From Bacteroidales bacterium (GTDB taxonomy: Bacteria; Bacteroidota; Bacteroidia; Bacteroidales; UBA932), in the NCBI GenBank assembly GCA_017551785.1, contig JAFZKU010000010.1, positions 3,980-67,979 on the forward strand: DNA of 64,000 bases. Direction: 5' to 3'. A program made the translations under genes and the position numbers. A model generated the notes under the pieces. It searched no databases and was not told where the DNA came from. It saw nothing but the letters and a program-made list of their open reading frames with translations. Below, in pieces: positions 18,701 through 27,310 of the stretch (positions are counted from its first letter, which is position 1; each line of letters starts with the position of its first letter).

Positions 18701-19960
18701 TTATTCTGCAGGTTTGGGAACCTCTACATCATAATTAGCTGTATCCCAGTCAACAACTGCAGGATCGAAGAGGATAGTATCAGTTGTAGGATCAATGATA
18801 ATGTTGTAAATAATCCTCTTGTTCATCTCCCAGTTAGCAGGAGCATTTGCGATCTTGTTCAGTTGCAGACCATTAGCAGTATATGCGTCATCTGCTGTAG
18901 TTGCGAAGTCCGTAACCGGGAAAACTTCAGTACCAAGGTTGGTGCAACCAGAATGTCCTTCAGCATTAAACTGAGTCTGAGTACCATACCATTTCGTAAT
19001 AGAGATGGTGAAAGTGAGTTTCATATCATTAGTAACAGCCTGAGGTCTAACAGCGATGAAGCCATCGGGCATGTAATTGGTAGCGTTGAGCGCTGAATAT
19101 GCAGCAGTGGTGAGGACCTCGCTTCCAGTTGCTGCTGCAGTAGTGAACCAATCATTTGGAGTATTGACAAGGGTAGCAGAAGTAGCATTTGCCCAAATTG
19201 CAGGACTTGGAACAGTCCATGCAGTAGTTGTTTTTGAACTCTCATATGTTTTAGTAAGGCTCAAAGTGCCATTCTTATGAACTTGGGGAAGTGTAAAGGC
19301 TGAAAGTTTCACCTCAAAGAATGTATAATAGCCACTATTCTTACTGTCTGCTTTTTTATCTTTTTCTTCTTTGATCTTCGCCTGGAATTTAACCTGAGCA
19401 AGGGCATGATGGAAGAGTGTAGGAACACCACTTGATACACCATCAATTTGGTTACGCTCTTGGTTAGCAGTCTGATGCCATGCAATGTCAGCGAAGAGAA
19501 TATCTGATTTGTAGTCAACAGTACGGTTTGTCCACACAAGTGTAGGTGCAGAGCTACCATTATAAGTGAGGGTCGGTGCTGCGGCAGTGCCGTCGAAATC
19601 ATACCATGAGAAGAAGTCGATGTTGCTGCTAGGTGATTTGGGCCAATAGTAATCTTTGCTAGGCTCCCACTCAGTGCTGGTGTCATTCCATGTGATAGTT
19701 TCAGGGTTAGGGTTGAAGAAATCTCCGAAGCTGCCACCATTCGGGTGGATGAATGCACTACTCTTGAAAGCTATTGTAGTTGCTTCCATGTTCGTAAGTT
19801 CGGTAAGGAAGCTTGAACCATCAGCTTTGGTCTGAGACATGTAGTTGGCTACCTCAAAGCCAATTTTAACATCGGGAGTTGCGGTTTCGTCGAGCTCCAT
19901 CTTGGTGCAGGCGGTGAGCGCTACGAGCGCGGCGGCTGCGAGAATGAAATACTTTTTCAT
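18701..19960 (-). CDS. Fimbrillin-family lipoprotein, paralog 3
   Basis: The ORF track extends to 20053, but the lipoprotein signal MKKYFILAAAALVALTAC starts at 19960. Motifs IGFEVANYMSQTKA, PTLFHHALAQVKFQA, ILFDPAVVDWD. Confidence 0.75.
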   Translation of the reverse strand: MKKYFILAAAALVALTACTKMELDETATPDVKIGFEVANYMSQTKADGSSFLTELTNMEATTIAFKSSAFIHPNGGSFGDFFNPNPETITWNDTSTEWEPSKDYYWPKSPSSNIDFFSWYDFDGTAAAPTLTYNGSSAPTLVWTNRTVDYKSDILFADIAWHQTANQERNQIDGVSSGVPTLFHHALAQVKFQAKIKEEKDKKADSKNSGYYTFFEVKLSAFTLPQVHKNGTLSLTKTYESSKTTTAWTVPSPAIWANATSATLVNTPNDWFTTAAATGSEVLTTAAYSALNATNYMPDGFIAVRPQAVTNDMKLTFTISITKWYGTQTQFNAEGHSGCTNLGTEVFPVTDFATTADDAYTANGLQLNKIANAPANWEMNKRIIYNIIIDPTTDTILFDPAVVDWDTANYDVEVPKPAE

Positions 19961-19994
19961 GATCTTTAGTTTTTTGATTGTTATATGATTATTA

Positions 19995-21191
19995 TTAATT
20001 TCCATTGTTCTGGTTAGGGTTCGGATACACAGCGCTGTCTGTAAGCCAGTCAACCATCGCAGGATCGATCTTGATTGTAGTGGTTTCGGGGTTGATTGTT
20101 ATCGTGTAAGTAATCTTCTTGTTCATATCCCAGTTGGCGATATGATCAGCTATAGTGCTCAGGTTGATATCAGCATGAATCTTTTCCTGGGCGTACTGCT
20201 CGTTATTGAACTTAGTCACGATTTTATAGTCAAATGAAAGAATCATGTCTGATGTAACCGCCTGGGGCATCACTGTCTGCATCTCAAGGACATCGACTGC
20301 GGTTGTTTGGAGTGGTGCATCTACATTCCCCATTGCAATAGAAGCAGCATTTCCTACAGGAGTCCATGAGCCGCTCCAAGCTTTAGTTGTAGCATCAGAT
20401 TGCGGCTCAGGATCATTGGCCGGGTCACCATTAGTAAGAGCAAGTGTTCCCTGGTTATACACACCCGCTAAAGAAATATTGCTCAGAGTAACTTCCCATT
20501 TAGTTTTTCCAAGACCTTCGCCTCCGGTAACATTGGCTTTAGTTGTATCAGCGACCGCTGCCTTGATGCAAAGTTTTGCAAGAGCATGGTGGAACATCAT
20601 AGGAACACCTTTGGTGACACCGCCATCTTTGTGATATTCTGCATTGGGGGTAGCCTTGAAATGCCAGGCTTCGTCCGCAAAAAGAAGATTGTCATCGGTG
20701 AGGACGGTATAGTTCTCCCACTTAAGAGACTCCTCTGTAGCTTCTGTGGGTGCAGTGCCTTTCTTGTCATACCAGCCGACAAAATTGATGTAGCTCCTGC
20801 TTCCCTTCGGCCAATAATAATCATGGCTCGGAGCCCAGTAAGCGACGAGAGCAGAATTAGTGGTTATACTGTTAGAGCCATCATATGCGGAAATGGTTTC
20901 ACCGTTTGCACCGAACATATCCTGAGTCGTGAAATACGAACCGACGCTGTCAGCATGCAGAAACGCCTTGCATTTGAAGCTTGCAAACTCTCTCATAATC
21001 GACCCAGCAGCAGGAACGGTATCATTGTCAGCCTTTGTCTGCGGCCTGTATGTAGCTGTCTCGAAAGTAATCTTTCTCGGAGGGGCAGTGTCTTCCAATT
21101 TCGTGCAAGCTGCCAGCGTCATCATCGCGATGACTGCGATGATGAAACACTTTTTCGTCGTTGAATTGTTCTTTGTCATTATCTTTTTCAT
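19995..21191 (-). CDS. Fimbrillin-family lipoprotein, paralog 2
   Basis: Signal ...CFIIAVIAMMTLAAC. Motifs ITFETATYRPQTKA, PMMFHHALAKLCIKA, IKIDPAMVDW. Confidence 0.75.
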   Translation of the reverse strand: MKKIMTKNNSTTKKCFIIAVIAMMTLAACTKLEDTAPPRKITFETATYRPQTKADNDTVPAAGSIMREFASFKCKAFLHADSVGSYFTTQDMFGANGETISAYDGSNSITTNSALVAYWAPSHDYYWPKGSRSYINFVGWYDKKGTAPTEATEESLKWENYTVLTDDNLLFADEAWHFKATPNAEYHKDGGVTKGVPMMFHHALAKLCIKAAVADTTKANVTGGEGLGKTKWEVTLSNISLAGVYNQGTLALTNGDPANDPEPQSDATTKAWSGSWTPVGNAASIAMGNVDAPLQTTAVDVLEMQTVMPQAVTSDMILSFDYKIVTKFNNEQYAQEKIHADINLSTIADHIANWDMNKKITYTITINPETTTIKIDPAMVDWLTDSAVYPNPNQNNGN

Positions 21192-21203
21192 TTTTCTATT
21201 TTT

Positions 21204-22304
21204 CTACTCAAGCGTTACGCCGCCTCCGCCGATGTTTGCATCCCAGTTCTGGAGGGTAGGCTGAATCTGTATCAGATCGGTTGAAAGATCGAATACAAGG
21301 GTATATATAATCCTGTGTCCCATCTCCCATGCAGGGATGACAGACACGAGTTCGTTAAGTTTCTCTGAAAGTGTTATGGTTTCTTCGCTGAACGCCGTCT
21401 CGCTGTTACCGTAGTAGGTGCTTATCTTGTAGGTGACGGTAAGTACCATGTCGTCAGTAACCGTCTGCGGCAATACTGTTCTAAGTGAAATCAGATCGGT
21501 TGATGACGTAGTAAGAGTGGTGGCACTTGACATTGCCATCGGGGCTGCAGTGCCGCTGGGAGTCCAAACATTATTTGTGGCAACCCAAGGCACGGTGGCT
21601 CTCGTAGTCGAGCCGGCGTTAGTCAGCGATACTGAACCGGTTGAATACACATTTGACAGTGAGAGGCTGTTGACAGTCACTGTCCTGGTCATGCCATTGC
21701 TGCTGGCATTGGTCTCATATGCCCTGAAAGCAACCTGAGCCAGGGCGTGGCGGAACAGCATCGGAACACCCGCAGCGACAGGGTCGCCGGTATACAGTGA
21801 ATTACTTGTATTCTCTTTATAATGCCAAGCCTCTTCAGCGACAAGCAGGTTGTCGGTACTCAGGACAGTGTAGTCGGTCCAAGAGAGGCTGGTCTCAGTG
21901 GCAGTGGCAGGTGTAGTGCCTTTGGCATCATACCAGGCGATGAAGTTCAAATAGCTGTCGCTGCCCTTCGGCCAGAAGAAGTCGTGCGAAGGAGCCCAGT
22001 AAGAAACGCTGGCCTCGGTGGTGGCTGCTGCGCCGGCGCTGGTGTAAGGAGTGATGAGCTGGCCGGCAGCGCCGAAGAAATCTTGAGTCTGATTTGCTGC
22101 TGTGTAACCCTCGGCATGCAGGAACGCTTTCGCGGTGAAAGAGGTGAATTCGCTCCAAATAGAAGAGTTGGCCTTTGTCTGCTGTGCATAGCTGGCAACC
22201 TGGAAGGTCACCTTGCGGTCCGGGTTGTACTCCTCCATATCCACCTTGGTGCAGGCGGTCAGAGCTACAAGAGCCGCAATTGCTATGTACAACAATTTCT
22301 TCAT
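21204..22304 (-). CDS. Fimbrillin-family lipoprotein, paralog 1
   Basis: Signal MKKLLYIAIAALVALTAC. Motifs VTFQVASYAQQTKA, PMLFRHALAQVAFRA, IQIQPTLQNWD. Confidence 0.75.
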   Translation of the reverse strand: MKKLLYIAIAALVALTACTKVDMEEYNPDRKVTFQVASYAQQTKANSSIWSEFTSFTAKAFLHAEGYTAANQTQDFFGAAGQLITPYTSAGAAATTEASVSYWAPSHDFFWPKGSDSYLNFIAWYDAKGTTPATATETSLSWTDYTVLSTDNLLVAEEAWHYKENTSNSLYTGDPVAAGVPMLFRHALAQVAFRAYETNASSNGMTRTVTVNSLSLSNVYSTGSVSLTNAGSTTRATVPWVATNNVWTPSGTAAPMAMSSATTLTTSSTDLISLRTVLPQTVTDDMVLTVTYKISTYYGNSETAFSEETITLSEKLNELVSVIPAWEMGHRIIYTLVFDLSTDLIQIQPTLQNWDANIGGGGVTLE

Positions 22305-22310
22305 CAGTTA

Positions 22311-23387
22311 CTAAATCGCTATCTCTCCATGTTCTTCCTCCCAATCATCCACGCTCGGCTGGAAACCGCCGTTGCTAGGATTCTCGTTGGGCAGAGGGTT
22401 CTCAATAACCCAGGTTTCATTTACAATCAGCCAGTGGCGCTCGATGGCATCTTCGGTGAGGAAGATCTGGTCGAGGCTGGTCTGGTATTGCTGGAGGTTG
22501 CCGGCCACGTCGATCACATTGAAGGTCACGATAAGCTCGGACTCAACCTCAGGTATCTTTCCAAATGTGTTGAACACAGCGCAGAGGACATCTTTGTTTT
22601 CTGTCTCCAGCCTCGGGTCCTGGCTCTTATTAAGGTCGAAGGCAACGGCGATCGAAGGATCTTCGGTGCGTTCGTCGAGACCGATGTGGTTAGACGGCGA
22701 CAGACCTGAGATGACTGCCATTGCAGAAGAAGCGTACTGCATTCCTTCTACATGGATTTGCAGGTAATATGAATCAACCACTGTGTGGGCCTCTGTGTGG
22801 ATCACAATTATAGAGTCGTGAGGAGACACCCTGAGGTTCTGCTCGCGGGCAACCAGCAGGTGGTCGGGCTCATAACGCATGTCGAGATTCATAAGGTCTT
22901 CGAAGCTGCTCCCCTCGTCGCCGGCCTTGGTGCGGCCTGAATAGCGTGCCTTCTGTGCTGCCGGAATCTCTTCGGTGTAGGCCAGGATCTCATTCTCGTC
23001 AGACTCGCCGGTAACCTTGGTCTCGGGAGTATCGAAGTTGTAGACGAGGATGTCGTAGTTACCGTAAGCAATGTTCAGGGAGCCTGTAAGGATCTGTGAA
23101 CCGTCTTCGGCGTATGACTTACCCTGGATGAAGCTCTGGGTCAACAGCTTCTTGGTCACAGGGTCATATACGAGTACGCGCATCACGTCGGTGTTGACGT
23201 CGGGAGTCGGTATATACTCGTTGTAGACGTCAACCTTGACGTTTGCTACTGCCTGGACGTTGACCTGAACTTTGATCTCTACGTACTCTGAAGGCTCCTC
23301 GAGGGGACGTCTCTCGCAGGCGACAAGAGTCATCAGCAGCGCGGTCACGCAGCAAATAAGCTTGAATATGTTTTTATTTCCTGTCAT
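22311..23387 (-). CDS. Pilus-operon lipoprotein, Mfa2/FimB-anchor-like or DUF5119-like
   Basis: Lipoprotein signal ...ALLMTLVAC. It is second in the operon, after the DUF3575 gene, as in other Bacteroidales fimbrial loci. It overlaps the upstream stop by 4 nt. The family assignment comes from context and a weak resemblance remembered from other loci. Confidence 0.5.
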   Translation of the reverse strand: MTGNKNIFKLICCVTALLMTLVACERRPLEEPSEYVEIKVQVNVQAVANVKVDVYNEYIPTPDVNTDVMRVLVYDPVTKKLLTQSFIQGKSYAEDGSQILTGSLNIAYGNYDILVYNFDTPETKVTGESDENEILAYTEEIPAAQKARYSGRTKAGDEGSSFEDLMNLDMRYEPDHLLVAREQNLRVSPHDSIIVIHTEAHTVVDSYYLQIHVEGMQYASSAMAVISGLSPSNHIGLDERTEDPSIAVAFDLNKSQDPRLETENKDVLCAVFNTFGKIPEVESELIVTFNVIDVAGNLQQYQTSLDQIFLTEDAIERHWLIVNETWVIENPLPNENPSNGGFQPSVDDWEEEHGEIAI

Positions 23388-24166
23388 CTGCGGTTATTGT
23401 CATTGTTAGCAAAAACTGGGATCACCAGGCTTATCTTGGCCTTGGTGGGTCCGAAATATGAAACGCGGCCGACATTGTATTTGTCACGGATCAACACTGA
23501 GTAGTCGTCGGTCGGGAGGTAGTGCCTGAAGTCGGTCTGCAGATATCCGGCTGCGATCGAGAATTCAAGTCTAGCATTGGTGGGCTTGCCGAAGAGGTCT
23601 TTGATCTGGTGTACATAACCAAAGCTGACGCCTGCTGAATAATATTCGCCCTGATAGTTGAATTTGACATCGAGCTGGAAATCGTACTTGGCAGACATCA
23701 CATAGACTCCACCAAACCAGCCCTGCATCTTGTCCTTGCTGTAGCGATCCCACTTGTTGAGCCAGAAGCGAAACTCGGGACCGAGCTCTACCATCTGGAG
23801 GCAATACTTGTTGCCAGTCTCCCACCAGGGGAATACATATTCGAGCATCAGGGAGAATCTGTTGAACATGGGAACTTCAGCTTCGATGTTGATGGCGCTC
23901 GCCACGTCGTAAAGAATATTTTTCTTGACTGCGAAAATTAACCGAACATCCTTGTCTGAGCTGGTGGTATATTCGTGTGTAGCGGGTGCGGGCTCGCCCA
24001 CGCGCGTATAAAAAAAGGTTTCGTCGGCAGCTGATGAAGAAGCAGCCTGCGCATAAACCGGGAACGAGAGGAGAAGAGACACTGAGAACAGGACTGCAAA
24101 AAAGAGCATCCTGCATACCGGGAACATAGGTTCGATTTTCTTCAGTGCTATAGAGTTTGTATTCAT
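23384..24166 (-). CDS. DUF3575-family outer-membrane beta-barrel protein (first gene of the pilus operon)
   Basis: Signal peptide ending VYAQA. The stretch FAVKKNILYDVASAINIEAEVPMFNRFSLMLEYVFPWW...ELGPEFRFWL...GWFGGVYVMSAKYDFQ matches the DUF3575 pattern as I remember it. Confidence 0.7.
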   Translation of the reverse strand: MNTNSIALKKIEPMFPVCRMLFFAVLFSVSLLLSFPVYAQAASSSAADETFFYTRVGEPAPATHEYTTSSDKDVRLIFAVKKNILYDVASAINIEAEVPMFNRFSLMLEYVFPWWETGNKYCLQMVELGPEFRFWLNKWDRYSKDKMQGWFGGVYVMSAKYDFQLDVKFNYQGEYYSAGVSFGYVHQIKDLFGKPTNARLEFSIAAGYLQTDFRHYLPTDDYSVLIRDKYNVGRVSYFGPTKAKISLVIPVFANNDNNRR

Positions 24167-24176
24167 GAATCGGATG

Positions 24177-24184
24177 CAAAAGTA
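24177..24184 (-). promoter_or_regulatory. Candidate -7 box (TACTTTTG on the minus strand) for the pilus operon
   Basis: Plus-strand CAAAAGTA is TAnnTTTG on the minus strand. It lies only 11 nt from the first ATG (24166), so it fits better if translation starts at the internal MFPVCRM (24127). Confidence 0.3.
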
Positions 24185-24455
24185 GATATCAAAAATTTAC
24201 CATTTAGCAATTATAAAAATTAGGTTGTAAGGATTTAAACAATATCATCCTCATATCCGCCGTTAACTATAAATTTTATAATAATAGGTAAGAGCATATT
24301 TTTGTCGGTGTATTTTTGATGTTTTTGCTCATATAGGCACGAAGCGTGCCAAAAATCACAGGAAAAACACGACTTTTCTGATTAATGACAAAATTTCTGA
24401 TTTCAAAATCGGAAATTTTCCGTTTGAAAAATTATTGCAATTTCAAATAAAGTGT

Positions 24456-24463
24456 TATATTTG
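24456..24463 (+). promoter_or_regulatory. Bacteroidetes -7 promoter box TATATTTG
   Basis: Matches the TAnnTTTG consensus, 22 nt upstream of the ATG at 24485. Confidence 0.5.
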
Positions 24464-24484
24464 CAGAAAAATAGCTCGAAAAGC

Positions 24485-25720
24485 ATGATAAACGCCTTCA
24501 TTTTGCTCCTTCCGGCTGCAGTCAGTTTTTTCTGGCTGCTGCTTTATCCACTGACAATTCCAAAGGCAGGCACTTACAAGCCGCTTATGTTCCTTGCGCT
24601 GGCCATCGGACTGTTTTTTCTTGCCGACAGTTGTTATTCCAGTCCTTTGACTTCAGCCCGCACACTGGCGATCACCAGTATGTTCACCCAGCTGGCAGGC
24701 CCCAGCATCATACCTCTTTTATTAATATATCTGAGGAAAATCGGCAATAACGATCAGCTCAAGCACATCCATCTCATATGGGTTCTGATCCCGTTCATTC
24801 TTTTTACGGGAGAGCTGACCATGGTTGTTATCTATGGCATCGACAATATAGAAAAGTATCTGTCTGACTTTTATACTTACGGCATCGATGTAGCTAACTT
24901 GAACAGCGGCTATGTCTACAACAAATACTATCTGTGGGCTGTAGTTCTGTTCCGTGTAGTCATGGCAGTCGAAATACTCCTGATATTGGTCAATTTCGCG
25001 CTTCTTATATGGCACAGAGGATTGCCGCTGCGCTATCTTACTGCTTTTCTCTATCGCAAAGGCAACATCAAAGTGCTGGGCCTCTCCTATGCCGCACTTT
25101 CATTGATTTTCATCATATGCATTTTTAAAATGGCCTTCCTAAGGGATGTATTGCTCCAGAAGCAGTGGATACCTCTAACAACCTCCGTCCTGCTGGCCCT
25201 GCTGCTGTTTGCATTCTTCTATTTCGGCCTGTTCTCGACCAGGAAGACTGTGCATTTGAGCGAAATGAAACAGGGTATTTTCTACGTTGACATGGACCCG
25301 GACAGTGCCTCGGCAGCCGGAGAGGGAAGATCAGATTCATCCGTTAAGCCAGCTGCTACCGGCAACAGGGAGAATGATATGCTGTTGAACAAGTTCCAGC
25401 GCATCGTCGTCAATCAGGAGATGTTCCTCCAGCCGCGTCTTACAATTACTGAAGTGGCCGACAGGCTCGGCTCCAACAAGACCTATATATCAAAGCTCGT
25501 CAACAGCACTTACCATATGCCGTTCCCCGACCTGATCAATTCGCTTCGCGTAGACTTCGCTCAGAGATATATTATCAACCACCGCGAAGCCACCCAGGCC
25601 GATGTCGCTCGTGCCAGCGGCTTTACCAGCGCTTCTGCGCTGAACAATATCTTCAAGAAGGTAACCGGGATGACCCCGAAAATATGGCTTGCTACCTACG
25701 ACCGCAAGCATAACAGTTAA
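24485..25720 (+). CDS. AraC-family transcriptional regulator with a large N-terminal polytopic membrane domain
   Basis: The C-terminus has an AraC-type HTH pair (LTITEVADRLGSNKTYISKLV...ATQADVARASGFTSASALNNIFKKVTGMTPKIW). The N-terminal ~270 aa contain about 7-8 hydrophobic helices. The GTG at 24452 in the ORF track overlaps the promoter box, so the ATG at 24485 is preferred. Confidence 0.8.
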   Translation: MINAFILLLPAAVSFFWLLLYPLTIPKAGTYKPLMFLALAIGLFFLADSCYSSPLTSARTLAITSMFTQLAGPSIIPLLLIYLRKIGNNDQLKHIHLIWVLIPFILFTGELTMVVIYGIDNIEKYLSDFYTYGIDVANLNSGYVYNKYYLWAVVLFRVVMAVEILLILVNFALLIWHRGLPLRYLTAFLYRKGNIKVLGLSYAALSLIFIICIFKMAFLRDVLLQKQWIPLTTSVLLALLLFAFFYFGLFSTRKTVHLSEMKQGIFYVDMDPDSASAAGEGRSDSSVKPAATGNRENDMLLNKFQRIVVNQEMFLQPRLTITEVADRLGSNKTYISKLVNSTYHMPFPDLINSLRVDFAQRYIINHREATQADVARASGFTSASALNNIFKKVTGMTPKIWLATYDRKHNS

Positions 25721-25725
25721 TTGAG

Positions 25726-26880
25726 ATGACTAAGAAGACACATTGGCCTCCCAGCAGGACTTCTATAGAGGCTCTTATTTTCATCATTCTGTTCCTGGTA
25801 TTTTTCATTCCGCTCGGAGCCAGGATGGGCGGCGAGAATCTCCTGAATACCATAATGCGGACTGCTCACGGGCTGCTGCTGAACACGGTGTTCTATCTGA
25901 TGAGCATCACGGTCCTCACGGGCGCGCTGTCGAAGCTCATGTCGGAGTTCGGTGTGGTTGCGCTGATCGGCCGGGTGCTGAAGCCGCTTATGAAGCCTCT
26001 CTTCAATCTTCCGGGCGTAGCCGCGCTGGGCGCCATAATGACCTTCCTGTCTGACAATCCGGCCATTATCTCGCTGGCCCAGGACAAGTCTTTCTCGTCT
26101 TATTTCAAGAAATACCAGTTGCTGTCGCTCACAAACTTCGGCACTGCCTTCGGCATGGGCTTCGTGGTGATTGTCACCATGATAAGCTTCGGCCAGCCCG
26201 GCGGTGCGCTGGTCGGCCTTTTCGGTGCGTTCTGCGGCTCTATCATATCTACCCGCATCATGCAGCGCAGCTGTCTGAAGTCTTTCCCGGAGCTCGACAC
26301 TCCAGCTGTCGATAAGGTTGTTGACGCAGAGATCACTGAAGGCCAGCAGGGCGACGGCAAAAAGCAGAGTATCTTCCTGCGCTGCCTCAATGCCATCCTG
26401 GACGGTGGCAAGAGCGGTGTGGAGCTCGGTCTGGCCATCATTCCGGGTGTGCTGGTCATCACTACTATGGTTATCCTCGTCACCTTCGGCGCAGGTCCTG
26501 AAGGTTACACCGGAGCTGCCAACCAGGGCGTCCCTATCCTACCCTGGCTTGCTCAGAAGATTCACTGGGTGTTCGAATGGCTCTTCGGCTTCGGCGACAT
26601 GCGTCTCATCGCCTTCCCGATGACTACTCTCGGCTCGGTCGGGGCCGCGCTTGGTTTGCTGCCCACCTTCAATGCTGAAGGTCTGCTTGACGGCAATGCA
26701 ATTGCAGTCTTCACCGCCATCGGAATGTGCTGGAGCGGCTTCCTGTCAACCCACACCGCCATGCTCGACGCCCTCGGCTTCCGCAAGGCCATCTCCAAAG
26801 CCCTCGGCGCCCACACCATCGCAGGCCTCGCCGCCGGCATCATCGCCCACTTCCTCTACCTGCTGATCTCGCTGATCTAG
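25726..26880 (+). CDS. Polytopic membrane protein, nucleoside-recognition (Gate) domain / YjiH-like
   Basis: 384 aa with about 10 hydrophobic segments. The motif region LIGRVLKPLMKPLFNLPGVAALGAIMTFLSDNPAII resembles Gate-domain proteins. It starts 5 nt after the AraC gene stop. Confidence 0.5.
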   Translation: MTKKTHWPPSRTSIEALIFIILFLVFFIPLGARMGGENLLNTIMRTAHGLLLNTVFYLMSITVLTGALSKLMSEFGVVALIGRVLKPLMKPLFNLPGVAALGAIMTFLSDNPAIISLAQDKSFSSYFKKYQLLSLTNFGTAFGMGFVVIVTMISFGQPGGALVGLFGAFCGSIISTRIMQRSCLKSFPELDTPAVDKVVDAEITEGQQGDGKKQSIFLRCLNAILDGGKSGVELGLAIIPGVLVITTMVILVTFGAGPEGYTGAANQGVPILPWLAQKIHWVFEWLFGFGDMRLIAFPMTTLGSVGAALGLLPTFNAEGLLDGNAIAVFTAIGMCWSGFLSTHTAMLDALGFRKAISKALGAHTIAGLAAGIIAHFLYLLISLI

Positions 26881-26914
26881 CCCGCCTCCCGCACTCCCGG
26901 GCCGCCTCGAATCC

Positions 26915-27206
26915 GTCTGGCCCGTGAAAAGCCGGTTTGCGGGGCCAGATGACTGCTCGGAGCCCGTCTGGCACGTGAAAGCCCGGTTTGCGGGGCCAGA
27001 TGCTCGCTTGGGACCAGTCTGGCCCGTGAAAAGCCGGTTTGCGGGGCCGGATGCTCTTCCGGAGCCTGTCTGGCCCGTGAAAGGCTGGTTTGCGGGGCCG
27101 GATGATTGCTCAGAGCCCGTCTGGCCCGGGAAATGGCGGTTTGCGGGGCCGGATGATTGCTCAGAGCCCGTCTGGCCCGTGAAATGACGGTTTGCGGGGC
27201 CGGATG
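26915..27206 (+). repeat. REP-like array A: 6 tandem units, exact 51-bp period (37-nt imperfect palindromic core plus 14-nt linker)
   Basis: Cores GTCTGGCCCGTGAAAAGCCGGTTTGCGGGGCC(A/G)GATG start at 26915, 26966, 27017, 27068, 27119 and 27170. Confidence 0.9.
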
Positions 27207-27294
27207 CCAGTGCTGAGGGTCCGGGAGGCCGACCGAAGGCCGCAGCAGGACAGAGCAAATGCGGCCGGCGATGCGATAAGTCGAAAAGAATGAG

Positions 27295-27302
27295 TATCTT
27301 TG
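27295..27302 (+). promoter_or_regulatory. -7 promoter box TATCTTTG upstream of obg
   Basis: TAnnTTTG match, 9 nt before the ATG at 27311. Confidence 0.45.
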
Positions 27303-27310
27303 CCAGCGAT

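Noticed and set aside
24167-24484. Invertible (phase-variable) promoter upstream of the pilus operon
   Set aside because: I found only short palindromes. There is no pair of longer inverted repeats bracketing a promoter-sized segment and no adjacent invertase gene. This cannot be excluded without population sequencing.
26915-27206. Regularly spaced repeats that could be taken for a CRISPR array (also at 30878-31016 and 32331-32520)
   Set aside because: The period is only 51 bp, with 14-nt linkers that fall into a few recurring types shared between arrays. No cas genes or leader are present. The repeat is a REP-like imperfect palindrome adjacent to an HUH transposase gene.
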